From: Bacteroidales bacterium
Lineage (GTDB): Bacteria; Bacteroidota; Bacteroidia; Bacteroidales; UBA932
NCBI GenBank assembly: GCA_021443565.1
Contig: JABUTS010000078.1
Coordinates: forward strand, 1 to 43,393
Length of the DNA: 43,393 nucleotides
Direction: 5' to 3'
The notes beneath the pieces were generated by a model. The model did no database searches and was not told the DNA's origin. It worked only from the letters and a program-made list of their open reading frames with translations. Positions 1 through 8,719 of this stretch are shown here, in pieces. Numbering within the stretch: the first letter of the stretch is position 1; every line of letters starts with the position of its first letter. The translations under genes were made by a program, and so were the position numbers.

Positions 1-726
1 AACGGCTTCTCCATCAACAACTTCCTCATGAATGGCTATTCCCAGAGCGCTTCGTTCATAGGCAAAAGCGCATTCAACACGTCTGATTACTACAACGCGG
101 AGACCGCCGACTTCAACTACGAACGCTTCAATGCAGACTTCTTCGACCATGCTTCGTCGGCCTGCGTGACAGCCAGGGAATTCGACGAGTTCTTCACCCG
201 CAACAGGATCCAGAACTACAATCTCAATGAGCGCATGACTCTCAAATACTCCGGAGAGAGCATAGAGGTCAACATAGGCGGAAGCACAAGACTCAACAAG
301 TCGTGGTACACCGTGACAGAAACTTCACAGAAGCCCCGCTGGAACAACCAGATTAGCGCTTCTTTCAACTGGACGGCTCCTGCAGGCATTACGGTGGCTC
401 CCGAATACAGATACAACTGGTATGTCGGCTATTCGACCGACCAGCCGGCCGAGCACATACTCAACGCGACTCTCTCGAAACTGCTCTTCAAGGACCAGTT
501 CACCCTCTCCATCATAGGCTACGACATCCTCAACCAGAGCAAGAACCTCACGGTGACGGACAACAACAACTTCCACCAGGAAGTTCGCAACAATACGCTC
601 GGAAGATACATCATACTGTCGCTGACCTACCGCTTCGGCAACTTCGCCAAGGCTGGCCAGAACATGAAGGGACCGGGAGGACCTGGAGGACACGGACCTG
701 GAGGTCCAGGCGGACATTTCCATTAA
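1..726 (+). CDS. Outer-membrane beta-barrel protein (TonB-receptor-like, OMP_b-brl_3 type), 5'-truncated by the window edge
   Basis: The frame is open from base 1. It has amphipathic beta-strands and the C-terminal 'YDILNQ...NNTLGRYIILSLTYRFG' typical of this Bacteroidetes family, followed by a Gly/Pro tail. Confidence 0.75.
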   Translation, partial: NGFSINNFLMNGYSQSASFIGKSAFNTSDYYNAETADFNYERFNADFFDHASSACVTAREFDEFFTRNRIQNYNLNERMTLKYSGESIEVNIGGSTRLNKSWYTVTETSQKPRWNNQISASFNWTAPAGITVAPEYRYNWYVGYSTDQPAEHILNATLSKLLFKDQFTLSIIGYDILNQSKNLTVTDNNNFHQEVRNNTLGRYIILSLTYRFGNFAKAGQNMKGPGGPGGHGPGGPGGHFH

Positions 727-812
727 TTGAATCTCAGGCCTTGCGGGGAGACCCCGTCTGACAGGTTTTGGCCTGATATGAAATCTTCAACCGATTCGCA
801 TGAATATTTGAC

Positions 813-2882
813 ATGAAGAAGTTTGCCCTGTTTTTTGCTGCCCTTCCGGCGTTGTTTTCGTGCTCTTCACCATGCAGCGTGTCATGGGTGGAAGGTGCCG
901 AAATAGAAGATTCGAAAGAAGCCGTCCATACAATGGTGATTCATAATCCACCGGCAGGTACGGACTGGACCATCTGGTTCAGCCAATTCTGCACTCCGGT
1001 TGAAGTTGAGGAGGGGGCTGCTGCCGAAATTCTGTATGTGTCTGGGACTCTGTACATGATAAAGCCGGTCGCCGATTCAGACGGACAGGACATAGTGCTG
1101 AATTACAAGTCGGGAGCCTTGGTGAACCATGGTCGGGCGCCTGAGGCCTTTTGTCTCCAGAAGAAGGGGGAGGGCCCTGTAAAGCTGGATCTTACATATA
1201 GTTTCCTTCCTGCAGATGACGTGCGGTCTTTTGAGTATACCCATGTGGCTGCGGGCGTGGAGGATATGATTCCCCAGCTCAAGAAAGTCACAAAAACGGA
1301 GGGAACAACCACAGTCACTGCCCTTCCGGAAGCGGTCAGGACGGAAGGCAGGGTGCCCGGCTGGTACCGTATCGTGCTTGACGGGAAAGCAAGCATAGAA
1401 GCGGCCGATGAGGATGGAGCTTACTATGCAGCCGTAACTATGGAAAACCTCATGCGCAACAACGGAGGTAATGTCCTTCCGAATATGGTCATTGAGGATT
1501 ATCCCGACCTTGCCCACAGGGGACTCATGCTCGATGTCAGCAGGAATTTCACGGACAAGGAAGGGGTGAAGAAAATCATGGACATCCTTTCCCACTACAA
1601 GGCAAACGTGCTTCATCTTCACTTGGGAGATGATGAAGGCTGGCGCATAGAGATAGAAGGTCTGCCGGAACTCACCCGATACGGGGCTTTCAGAGGCATT
1701 CCTCAACTGAATGAAGACGGTAGCATTTCAGAACCCGAGTGCCTTCAGCTTGCATATAGTGCAAGTCTGGGGAAGAACGATTCCAAGGCGTCCGGTAACG
1801 GTTTCTATTCAAGGGAAGACTTCATTGAAATACTCAGGTATGCGAAGGAACGCCATATCAGCGTAATACCGGAGTTTGACACCCCGGGCCATTCCCGCGC
1901 GGCAATCCTGTCCATGAAGAAGCGTCTTGAACTCACCGGTGATGCTTCCTGTCTCCTGTCAGAGGCTTCGGACAGTTCAAACTACGTGTCTGCCCAGGAT
2001 TATACTGACAATGTCATAAATGTCGTGCAGGCTTCGACCTATGCTTTCATAGAAAAGGTGTTCGACTCGATAATTGAAATGTATGCCGAAGCTGACGCCC
2101 CACTGCCTGCAATACATGTGGGTGGCGATGAAGTCCCCGATGGAGCATGGCTAGGCTCTCCTTCATGCCGGAAGTTCATGGAGGAACACGGCTGGTCCGG
2201 CCCCGACGATCTGGCCAACTATTTTTTCGGCAGGGTAATGGATATCGCGGAGGCCAGGGGCGTTAAACTGGCCGGATGGCAGGAAATCGCAAGCAATCTC
2301 AGCGCTGAGAATCTTGAACGTCTCAGCAAACTTTTATACGGCGCAAATATGTGGAGTTTGTCACACGGTCTCGATGAATGGCCGTATGAACTTGCAAACA
2401 GCGGAATCAACGTGATTCTTTCCATGGCTCCCAATACGTACCTTGACTTTGCCTATAACGACAGCAAGTCGGAACGGGGTCTTAACTGGGGAGGCTATGT
2501 TGACGAGCGCCGCAGTTTCTCCCTGCTTCCTTTCGACATATACAAGTCCGTACGCTGGGATGACAGACGCAGGATTGTTGACATCAGTCATGCTTCGGAA
2601 GGGAAGACGGCGCTTTCAGATGAGGGTAAGAGCCATATCATAGGAGTTCAGGGGCAGCTTTGGGCTGAAACTTTGCGCAATTTCGACCATGTCACCTATT
2701 ATCTTCTTCCCAAGATGACCGGTATTCTGGAGAGAGGTTGGAATGCATTGCCTCAGTGGGCTGATTCATCCACATCCGATGACCCCGTGTTTGTCAGTTC
2801 GTTTGACAAATTCTACAGCATCATAGTGGATCACGAGATGCCGTATTATGATTCACTCGGCGTTTCGTATCACAAGAATTAG
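813..2882 (+). CDS. GH20 beta-N-acetylhexosaminidase, lipoprotein
   Basis: Motifs 'HRGLMLDVSRNF', 'LHLHLGDDEGWR', 'PEFDTPGH', catalytic 'HVGGDE' and 'GVQGQLWAE'; lipobox LFSC. Confidence 0.93.
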   Translation: MKKFALFFAALPALFSCSSPCSVSWVEGAEIEDSKEAVHTMVIHNPPAGTDWTIWFSQFCTPVEVEEGAAAEILYVSGTLYMIKPVADSDGQDIVLNYKSGALVNHGRAPEAFCLQKKGEGPVKLDLTYSFLPADDVRSFEYTHVAAGVEDMIPQLKKVTKTEGTTTVTALPEAVRTEGRVPGWYRIVLDGKASIEAADEDGAYYAAVTMENLMRNNGGNVLPNMVIEDYPDLAHRGLMLDVSRNFTDKEGVKKIMDILSHYKANVLHLHLGDDEGWRIEIEGLPELTRYGAFRGIPQLNEDGSISEPECLQLAYSASLGKNDSKASGNGFYSREDFIEILRYAKERHISVIPEFDTPGHSRAAILSMKKRLELTGDASCLLSEASDSSNYVSAQDYTDNVINVVQASTYAFIEKVFDSIIEMYAEADAPLPAIHVGGDEVPDGAWLGSPSCRKFMEEHGWSGPDDLANYFFGRVMDIAEARGVKLAGWQEIASNLSAENLERLSKLLYGANMWSLSHGLDEWPYELANSGINVILSMAPNTYLDFAYNDSKSERGLNWGGYVDERRSFSLLPFDIYKSVRWDDRRRIVDISHASEGKTALSDEGKSHIIGVQGQLWAETLRNFDHVTYYLLPKMTGILERGWNALPQWADSSTSDDPVFVSSFDKFYSIIVDHEMPYYDSLGVSYHKN

Positions 2883-4534
2883 CGTTTACGCCTGCAGACC
2901 ATGCGCGCGAGCAGGGCTGCAAGCAGAAGGAGGAAGCAGAAAACGCTGATGCGTCCCGTGATGTCGCCGTGCTCCACGAAGAAGGTGCGGCTGTCGTTGA
3001 GGTTGGCGTGGCCGTGCAGTATCTTCTTCTGCCACCACGGGGTGCGGGAAACGACGTCTCCTCTCTGGTCGATGAATGCGCTGATGCCCGTATTTCCGCA
3101 TCGAACGATGTCGCGGCGGGTTTCTATCGCCCTGAGGCAGGCATAGCTCAGGTGCTGGCGATAGCCGGGCGTATCCTTCCACCATGCGTCGTTGGTGATG
3201 ATTGCGATGAGCCTGGCACCGGCATCTATATAGCCTCTGCAGAAATCTCCGTATATTGATTCATAGCAGATTACCGGTGCTACGGCTATGCTCTCCCCGT
3301 CGCGGGTGCGCATTGTCAGGCAAGTCCTTTCCTTCTGACCGGAGCAGCGTCCCATCACGCCCCCGAGCATATCATCCAGTCTCGTGAAGAGTCCTGGGTA
3401 CGGAGTCATCTCCACTCCGACCACCAGTTTGCTTTTGTGGTAGATTTCCGTTTGACGGTCGGGGTTGAGTATGAGGGCGGAATTATGGGATTCATACCAC
3501 AGCCCGTCTCTGATGGCGCGGGCCGTCTTGCTCGGACTTAGTCTGGAACTGCTCAAATCGTAGCTTGACGCGCCGAAGATGATGCTTGCGGCGGGCCACT
3601 TTTCAAGTTCGCCTGCAAGGCTGTTGAGGGTCTTGCTGGTCCATGGGTCGCTTGCTTCAAGGTTCGAAGTGAAGGTCTCGGGAGCCAGCAGGAGTATGGG
3701 CTTGAGGGAGGCGAAGTTTGTCCGGGCGAGTTCAATCTGACTGATCAAGATGGAGTCCTGCTGTTTCTGGGTGAGAAACTCGAATTTGTGATATGGGTCT
3801 ATGTTAGGTTGGAGAATTGCGACCTCGAGAGGGTCCTTCAGTTCGTTGTAGTTTCTGTATATGCTACTCGACCAGAGGGCCGGAGCCGCAAGCACTGTTA
3901 TGAGCGCAGCTTGAGAGCAGACCCTGGCCTTGGCGTTGAGATTTTTCCATGTCCCGCTGACTATGGCGCGCAGTATGAGGAAGATGCCGATGTTCGAAGC
4001 CCATACCCAGAGCGAGCCTCCAAGAGCGCCGGTATATTCGTACCATTGAATCAGGCTTGTGGTGCGGGCGAAGGCGTTGCCGAGCACGAGCCATGGCCAT
4101 GAAATCTGAGCTGAAGCCATATACCAGCGCTCCCATGCAATCCAGGCCGTAGCAAGGAATATATAGGGGAGTATGCCCGCAAAGTGCTTGCGTGCCAGAC
4201 GGAAAAGTCCGAAGACCACGCTCATCTGCAACGAGTTGGCAAGTATCGCGAAGATGCCCCCTCCTATGGTGGCGTTGCATACCCAGAAAGTGGCAAGGGT
4301 GTTCCACACCACGAAACTGAGGTAGTGCCATACCCAGAAGCGGCGCATCCGCTCCCTTCCGGCAATTTCCTCTGCCCACAACAGAGGAACGAGGCCCACA
4401 AGCGCGACGGCGCCGCAGTGAGGCACGAGATAAGGGACCGACATCAGTAGTCCCGAAAGCACTGCCAGCGCCCCCACGCGCCTCCCCGCTTTATTTGTAA
4501 TGTCATTGATCATTTGCGTACTGCCATTAGTCAT
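2879..4534 (-). CDS. lnt: Apolipoprotein N-acyltransferase
   Basis: Multi-TM N-terminus with 'SWPWLVLG', 'LQPNI', nitrilase triad E (APET), K (YHKSKLV), C (ICYES), and 'TNDAWW...QH...RAIETRR'. The start is placed at ATG 4534 (alternative 4513), because the track start at 4879 overlaps the divergent gene and lies upstream of the promoter. Confidence 0.92.
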   Translation of the reverse strand: MTNGSTQMINDITNKAGRRVGALAVLSGLLMSVPYLVPHCGAVALVGLVPLLWAEEIAGRERMRRFWVWHYLSFVVWNTLATFWVCNATIGGGIFAILANSLQMSVVFGLFRLARKHFAGILPYIFLATAWIAWERWYMASAQISWPWLVLGNAFARTTSLIQWYEYTGALGGSLWVWASNIGIFLILRAIVSGTWKNLNAKARVCSQAALITVLAAPALWSSSIYRNYNELKDPLEVAILQPNIDPYHKFEFLTQKQQDSILISQIELARTNFASLKPILLLAPETFTSNLEASDPWTSKTLNSLAGELEKWPAASIIFGASSYDLSSSRLSPSKTARAIRDGLWYESHNSALILNPDRQTEIYHKSKLVVGVEMTPYPGLFTRLDDMLGGVMGRCSGQKERTCLTMRTRDGESIAVAPVICYESIYGDFCRGYIDAGARLIAIITNDAWWKDTPGYRQHLSYACLRAIETRRDIVRCGNTGISAFIDQRGDVVSRTPWWQKKILHGHANLNDSRTFFVEHGDITGRISVFCFLLLLAALLARMVCRRKR

Positions 4535-4563
4535 TAGCTCCCAAACGGAAGCGGGATATGTGG

Positions 4564-4571
4564 CGAAGTTA
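4564..4571 (-). promoter_or_regulatory. Putative -7 promoter element of lnt (TAACTTCG variant)
   Basis: A one-mismatch variant of Bacteroidetes TAnnTTTG. The same GTAACTTCG recurs upstream of two other minus-strand genes. Confidence 0.5.
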
Positions 4572-4648
4572 CGATTATGAGGGCAAAATGGCAAGCCGGC
4601 AGTCCGAAAGGACGCGGGCCGCCACTTTTCATTTTTGGAAACTTGTAG

Positions 4649-4656
4649 TAATTTTG
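4649..4656 (+). promoter_or_regulatory. -7 promoter element (TAATTTTG) of the LysE gene
   Basis: Exact TAnnTTTG followed by CA, 7 nt before ATG 4664. Confidence 0.6.
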
Positions 4657-4663
4657 CAATTCC

Positions 4664-5323
4664 ATGCCGATAGTAAGTTACATACTCAAGGGCCTCATAA
4701 TAGGCATCTGCGCAGAAGCGCCGATAGGACCTGTCGCCATCTACGTCACCCAGAAGACTCTGAGCGGCGGCAGGAAGGCGGGCTTCCTGGCGGGGCTGGG
4801 CGCCTGCACCGTTGACACGACATATTCTGTGCTGGCCATCTTCGCCTATGCCTATGCCCAGGAATTTCTTCTCGGCCACAAGGAGATCATACTCCTTGCC
4901 GGAGGCATGGTGGTCACCATGATGGGCATGATTATGGCGGTCTCAAATCCTTTTAGAAAGCTCCGGAGGGCCAGCGAAAAGACATCGGGATTGTCCCCGA
5001 CGGATTTCATCCAGGCGATTTTCCTGGCGCTGTCAAATCCTGGGGCCATAGCTGTCATCTTTGCCCTCTTCGCCTTTTTCCAGCTGAACACCGAAGCCCA
5101 GAGTTTCACCAGTGTGCTACCGATCATACTGTCCATAGCTGGCGGGGCAATCTGCTACTGGTGGAACTTCACAACGGTTCTGAACCACTTCCGCAAGAAG
5201 ATAGACATGCATTCCATATTGATAATTAACAGGATAGCCGGAGCGATAGTCGTGGTGATAGGAATAGCTCTCTTTGCCGAGGGAGCCTACCACCTGCTTT
5301 TCACCGGCCTTGGTGCAAAATAA
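4664..5323 (+). CDS. LysE/RhtB family amino-acid exporter
   Basis: 'APIGPV...GRKAGFLAGLGACTVD' and 'LALSNP' motifs; about six TM helices. Confidence 0.88.
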   Translation: MPIVSYILKGLIIGICAEAPIGPVAIYVTQKTLSGGRKAGFLAGLGACTVDTTYSVLAIFAYAYAQEFLLGHKEIILLAGGMVVTMMGMIMAVSNPFRKLRRASEKTSGLSPTDFIQAIFLALSNPGAIAVIFALFAFFQLNTEAQSFTSVLPIILSIAGGAICYWWNFTTVLNHFRKKIDMHSILIINRIAGAIVVVIGIALFAEGAYHLLFTGLGAK

Positions 5324-5335
5324 CAATTTCTTACG

Positions 5336-5992
5336 ATGGGAATATTTTCAAACGAGAAATGGGGCTGGATTGCCAGAAATCTGCTTTTTGCCGCGGCAGC
5401 CTTGCTTGCGGTGGTGCTGGCTGCCTCATTCTTTCTGGCTGTAATCACGAAGCATGACAAGGTGATAGAACTCCCTGATTTTCAGGGTATGACTCTCGAA
5501 GAGGCGCAGATGGAAGCTGCGAGTATAGGAGTGAGGGTTGATGTTAGGGATTCGATATATACTTCCGAGGTGGAAAGGGGATGCGTGTTCATCCAGAACC
5601 CTTCCGCCGGAAGTGCGGTGAAGGAAGGCCGCAGGGTGCTGCTGACGATGAATGCCCACACTGCCCGGAGGGTAAGGGTGCCGAATATCGTGGACCTGAC
5701 CCTCTACGAGGCTGAGGCCAGGCTTGTTGCCGCCGGCCTTGTCCTTGGTGCTGTGGAATATGTACCCGCATCCCACGATAGGGTGATAAGCCAGCTCTAC
5801 AACGGCTCCGAAATCAGGGCGGGCAGGATGCTTGATGCCGGTTCAGGCATTAGCGTCCAGGTGGGCCAGATTTCGGAAGACATGGTTTCTGCCGCAGAAA
5901 GTACCCGGGGCGGCGCTGGCTCTGCAGAGGATGTCGGGAAGGCTGCCGGAGAAACGCCGGCCGCTGATGACGATGTGGAAATAGATTTCTGA
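5336..5992 (+). CDS. PASTA domain-containing membrane protein
   Basis: N-terminal TM helix and two PASTA repeats ('LPDFQGMTLEEA...QNPSAG', 'VPNIVDLTLYEA'). It sits upstream of rluD, as is usual in Bacteroidetes. Confidence 0.88.
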   Translation: MGIFSNEKWGWIARNLLFAAAALLAVVLAASFFLAVITKHDKVIELPDFQGMTLEEAQMEAASIGVRVDVRDSIYTSEVERGCVFIQNPSAGSAVKEGRRVLLTMNAHTARRVRVPNIVDLTLYEAEARLVAAGLVLGAVEYVPASHDRVISQLYNGSEIRAGRMLDAGSGISVQVGQISEDMVSAAESTRGGAGSAEDVGKAAGETPAADDDVEIDF

Positions 5993-7101
5993 TGGGACAG
6001 TTTTCCGAGTTCGACGCCTTTGACGATTTCGACGAACTTGACGCAGGGCAGGGTTCCTTCGCCGAGGACGTGGAGAACGACGGCGACGGCGCGATGTTCG
6101 AACATTTCCGCTTCGACATAGACAAGGGCCAGACACCCATGAGGGTGGATAAATACATGTCCACCCATATGGATAATACCTCCCGCCACCGTGTACAGAT
6201 GGCAATCAAGTCAGGCTATGTCCGTGTGAATGACAAGATTGCGAAGGCGAATCTGATTGTCCGTCCCGGCGATGTGGTCACTTTTGTCATGCCATACGAA
6301 AGGCGGGGACTGGAAATTCTTCCCGAAAACATCCCACTTGACATTGTTTATGAAGATGATGACGTTCTCGTTTTGAACAAGCCGGCGGGCATGGTTGTCC
6401 ACCCGGGACACGGCCATTTTTCAGGAACCCTGGTAAATGCCCTCGCCTATCATCTCGGAATATCCCAGGGACCTGATGCTCCGGATGAAAGGATGGGAGT
6501 CCTGGTCCACAGGATTGACAAGGACACTTCCGGCCTTCTGGTGGTGGCCAAGAACGAGGAGTCCCAGCTCAAGCTGGCCCGGCAATTCTTCGTACATTCA
6601 ATTGAAAGAAGGTATGTCGCCATCGTGTGGGGCAACCTCAAGGACGACGAGGGCACCATAACCGGCAACATAGGCCGCGACCCCAACGACCGCATGCGCT
6701 TCAAGGTATTCCCCGAGGGAGACCATGGCAAGCATGCCGTAACCCACTACAGGGTGCTGGAACGCTTCGGCTTCGTGACTGTGGTGGAGTGCCGCCTCGA
6801 GACCGGCCGCACCCATCAGATAAGGGTGCATTTCAACTGGATAGGCCATCCTCTCTTCAACGACGAACGCTATGACGGCGCCGAAATCCGTAAGGGAACT
6901 GTCTATGCTCGTTACCGCCAGTTCATAGAAAACTGCTTCAGGCTGCTGCCCCGCCAGGCACTTCATGCCAAGACCCTGGGCTTCGACCATCCGTCCACAG
7001 GACAGCTGATCAGGTTTGATTCCCCCATCCCGGACGACATGCAGGCACTAATTGACAAATGGCGCAGATACGCGCAGAACATGGTGCCCGAAGAAGACTG
7101 A
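5992..7101 (+). CDS. rluD: RluA-family 23S rRNA pseudouridine synthase with S4 domain (RluD)
   Basis: S4 domain, 'NKPAGMVVHP', catalytic 'VHRIDKDTSGL', 'LETGRTHQIRVH' and 'RQALHA'. Confidence 0.9.
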   Translation: MGQFSEFDAFDDFDELDAGQGSFAEDVENDGDGAMFEHFRFDIDKGQTPMRVDKYMSTHMDNTSRHRVQMAIKSGYVRVNDKIAKANLIVRPGDVVTFVMPYERRGLEILPENIPLDIVYEDDDVLVLNKPAGMVVHPGHGHFSGTLVNALAYHLGISQGPDAPDERMGVLVHRIDKDTSGLLVVAKNEESQLKLARQFFVHSIERRYVAIVWGNLKDDEGTITGNIGRDPNDRMRFKVFPEGDHGKHAVTHYRVLERFGFVTVVECRLETGRTHQIRVHFNWIGHPLFNDERYDGAEIRKGTVYARYRQFIENCFRLLPRQALHAKTLGFDHPSTGQLIRFDSPIPDDMQALIDKWRRYAQNMVPEED

Positions 7102-7105
7102 CGCC

Positions 7106-8572
7106 TCAGTCGCGGAGGAGAGTGAGATAGCGGCCGTCGACGCGTCCGCGGCGGTTGGTGGTGGTGATGTATGGAAGAGCGGTGAGATCGAAACTGTCGA
7201 AGAGCAGTCCTGCGGTGTCGGGGTCGTCCCTGAGCAGGCTGTCCATGTTGATGATCAGGCTTTCCCTGCCGCTTTCATGCAGGTAGGATTCGAGGGCGGC
7301 AAGTTCGCCTTCGCAAATCCCGCATCCGTCAGTAACCATCAGAATGACGTGATTCTTCAGCCTTTTCAACTTCTTGCCGTTCACCTTGACTGCAGGCAGG
7401 CGGCTGCCTTCCGCTGCTCTCGAGTAGAGATCTTTCAGAACTTCTGCAAATCCCAGCACCTGAAGGCTGTCGTTTGGCTCCGTCCACAGTTCCGACATTC
7501 CGAATACTGCCTCGTCCAGCAGTTTTCCGGAGGCCTTCTTCCATCCCGGGCCTCTCTGACGGCTCATCCAGAACAGCAGGTCACCGCTCATGTGCTTGAA
7601 GCCTGTCGAGTCTCCCTTCTCCAGAGTCTTCTGCCTGATGTATGAGGTGATGGAGGCAATTTCCTCATCGGTGGACAGGGGACCGAATCCGCTGAACACC
7701 GTGTCGTAGAAACCGTCGGCAGCGTCACTGCCGTATTCGTATTCGGAGCAGATGCCTTCCAGAAGGGTGCGGAGGGCGGGAGTGTCCAGATTGCGCCCCG
7801 CTATTCTGCCGTCCTTCCCCACAAGCAGCAGGCGCGGCGTTTGGAGAACGCCGTATTTAACGGCCATGCCGGATACGTTTCCGGGATCCCAGAGGTGGTG
7901 AACCCTCACTTTCTCACCATCTTCAACTGTGAGGCGGGACTTGCGGTATTCTACCCACTTGTCCATATCCTCGCCGGTGTAGATTGCATGGAAATCAATG
8001 GCCCAGTTGTCATCCTGAAGCATATTCACCAGCAGCATGGTCTCTATCCTGCATTTCGAACAGTCGGTGTCGTAAAAGTACAGCACTGCCGGCCTGTCAA
8101 GCGCAGCCCCCTCGTTGAAAAGTTCCACATAGCTGCCGTCAGCAGCTTCCAGGGCCAGCGCCGGAGCCCTGCATCCTATCAGCGACTGCCGGTTGTAGGT
8201 TGCGAAGACCCTGGCGTTCATCAGGTCGAACTCGCTTCCCATGGAGGCCTTCCCACTGCCGAACCACTCGTCCGTGATGTGGATTGCCACGGCCTCGTCG
8301 CCCATTAACCTTGACGTGAAGTAATGCAGGTAAAGTTTCCGGGCTATGAAGTCCCTGACTTCGGGACGGGTGCTGCTGCCTATAAGAAAGTCGACCTCCC
8401 CGATTTTCGTCTGTACGCTTTCGGTTTCGAGCCTCGCTACATATTCGTCCAGCCTGGACTCAAGAGGGGCCATGGCGGAGGAGTCAGGGAGTTCCTGCTG
8501 CTGTGCGGAGGATGTGGCAGAGCAGAGGAAGAGAAATTCGGCTATCAGACAGACGGTTTTCATGACTTTCAT
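7106..8572 (-). CDS. Exported thioredoxin-like (AhpC/TSA, DUF5106-like) protein with two CxxC domains
   Basis: Signal peptide; 'LYFYDTDCSKC...YGVLQTPRLLLV' and a second 'VTDGCGIC...FDLTALPYI'. Confidence 0.7.
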   Translation of the reverse strand: MKVMKTVCLIAEFLFLCSATSSAQQQELPDSSAMAPLESRLDEYVARLETESVQTKIGEVDFLIGSSTRPEVRDFIARKLYLHYFTSRLMGDEAVAIHITDEWFGSGKASMGSEFDLMNARVFATYNRQSLIGCRAPALALEAADGSYVELFNEGAALDRPAVLYFYDTDCSKCRIETMLLVNMLQDDNWAIDFHAIYTGEDMDKWVEYRKSRLTVEDGEKVRVHHLWDPGNVSGMAVKYGVLQTPRLLLVGKDGRIAGRNLDTPALRTLLEGICSEYEYGSDAADGFYDTVFSGFGPLSTDEEIASITSYIRQKTLEKGDSTGFKHMSGDLLFWMSRQRGPGWKKASGKLLDEAVFGMSELWTEPNDSLQVLGFAEVLKDLYSRAAEGSRLPAVKVNGKKLKRLKNHVILMVTDGCGICEGELAALESYLHESGRESLIINMDSLLRDDPDTAGLLFDSFDLTALPYITTTNRRGRVDGRYLTLLRD

Positions 8573-8576
8573 GTCA

Positions 8577-8584
8577 CGAAGTTA
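8577..8584 (-). promoter_or_regulatory. Putative -7 element (TAACTTCG) of the thioredoxin-like gene
   Basis: Same variant motif as at 4564 and 12289. Confidence 0.5.
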
Positions 8585-8619
8585 CGAAAGTGTTTTGGAT
8601 TTGCGATGAATTGCGTCAT

Positions 8620-8684
8620 TGGCATAATGGTTGACCATATTATCCTCCGGCACTCGCGAGCCCCTTGCGTGTGACAAAATGTCA
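8620..8684 (+). promoter_or_regulatory. Putative sigma54-like promoter (TGGCAT-N5-TTGA) and TGACA-N3-TGTCA palindrome upstream of lon
   Basis: GG-N10-GA spacing at 8621-8634 and a perfect inverted repeat at 8672-8684. No TAnnTTTG was seen on the + strand here. Confidence 0.5.
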
Positions 8685-8719
8685 TGCTGGGGCTGCCGTG
8701 TCATAACGGATAGACATTT

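Noticed and set aside
4535-4879. 115-aa N-terminal extension of Lnt in the ORF track
   Set aside because: It overlaps the divergent LysE gene and the promoter region, and does not look like Lnt sequence.
6007-6043. 9-bp periodic TT(C/T)GACG repeat at the 5' end of rluD
   Set aside because: It simply encodes an acidic low-complexity N-terminus (EFDAFDDFDELD), and the repeat unit preserves the frame.
8649-8675. CIRCE-like half site GGCACTC upstream of lon
   Set aside because: The second half-site GAGTGCTAA is absent at the 9-nt spacing.
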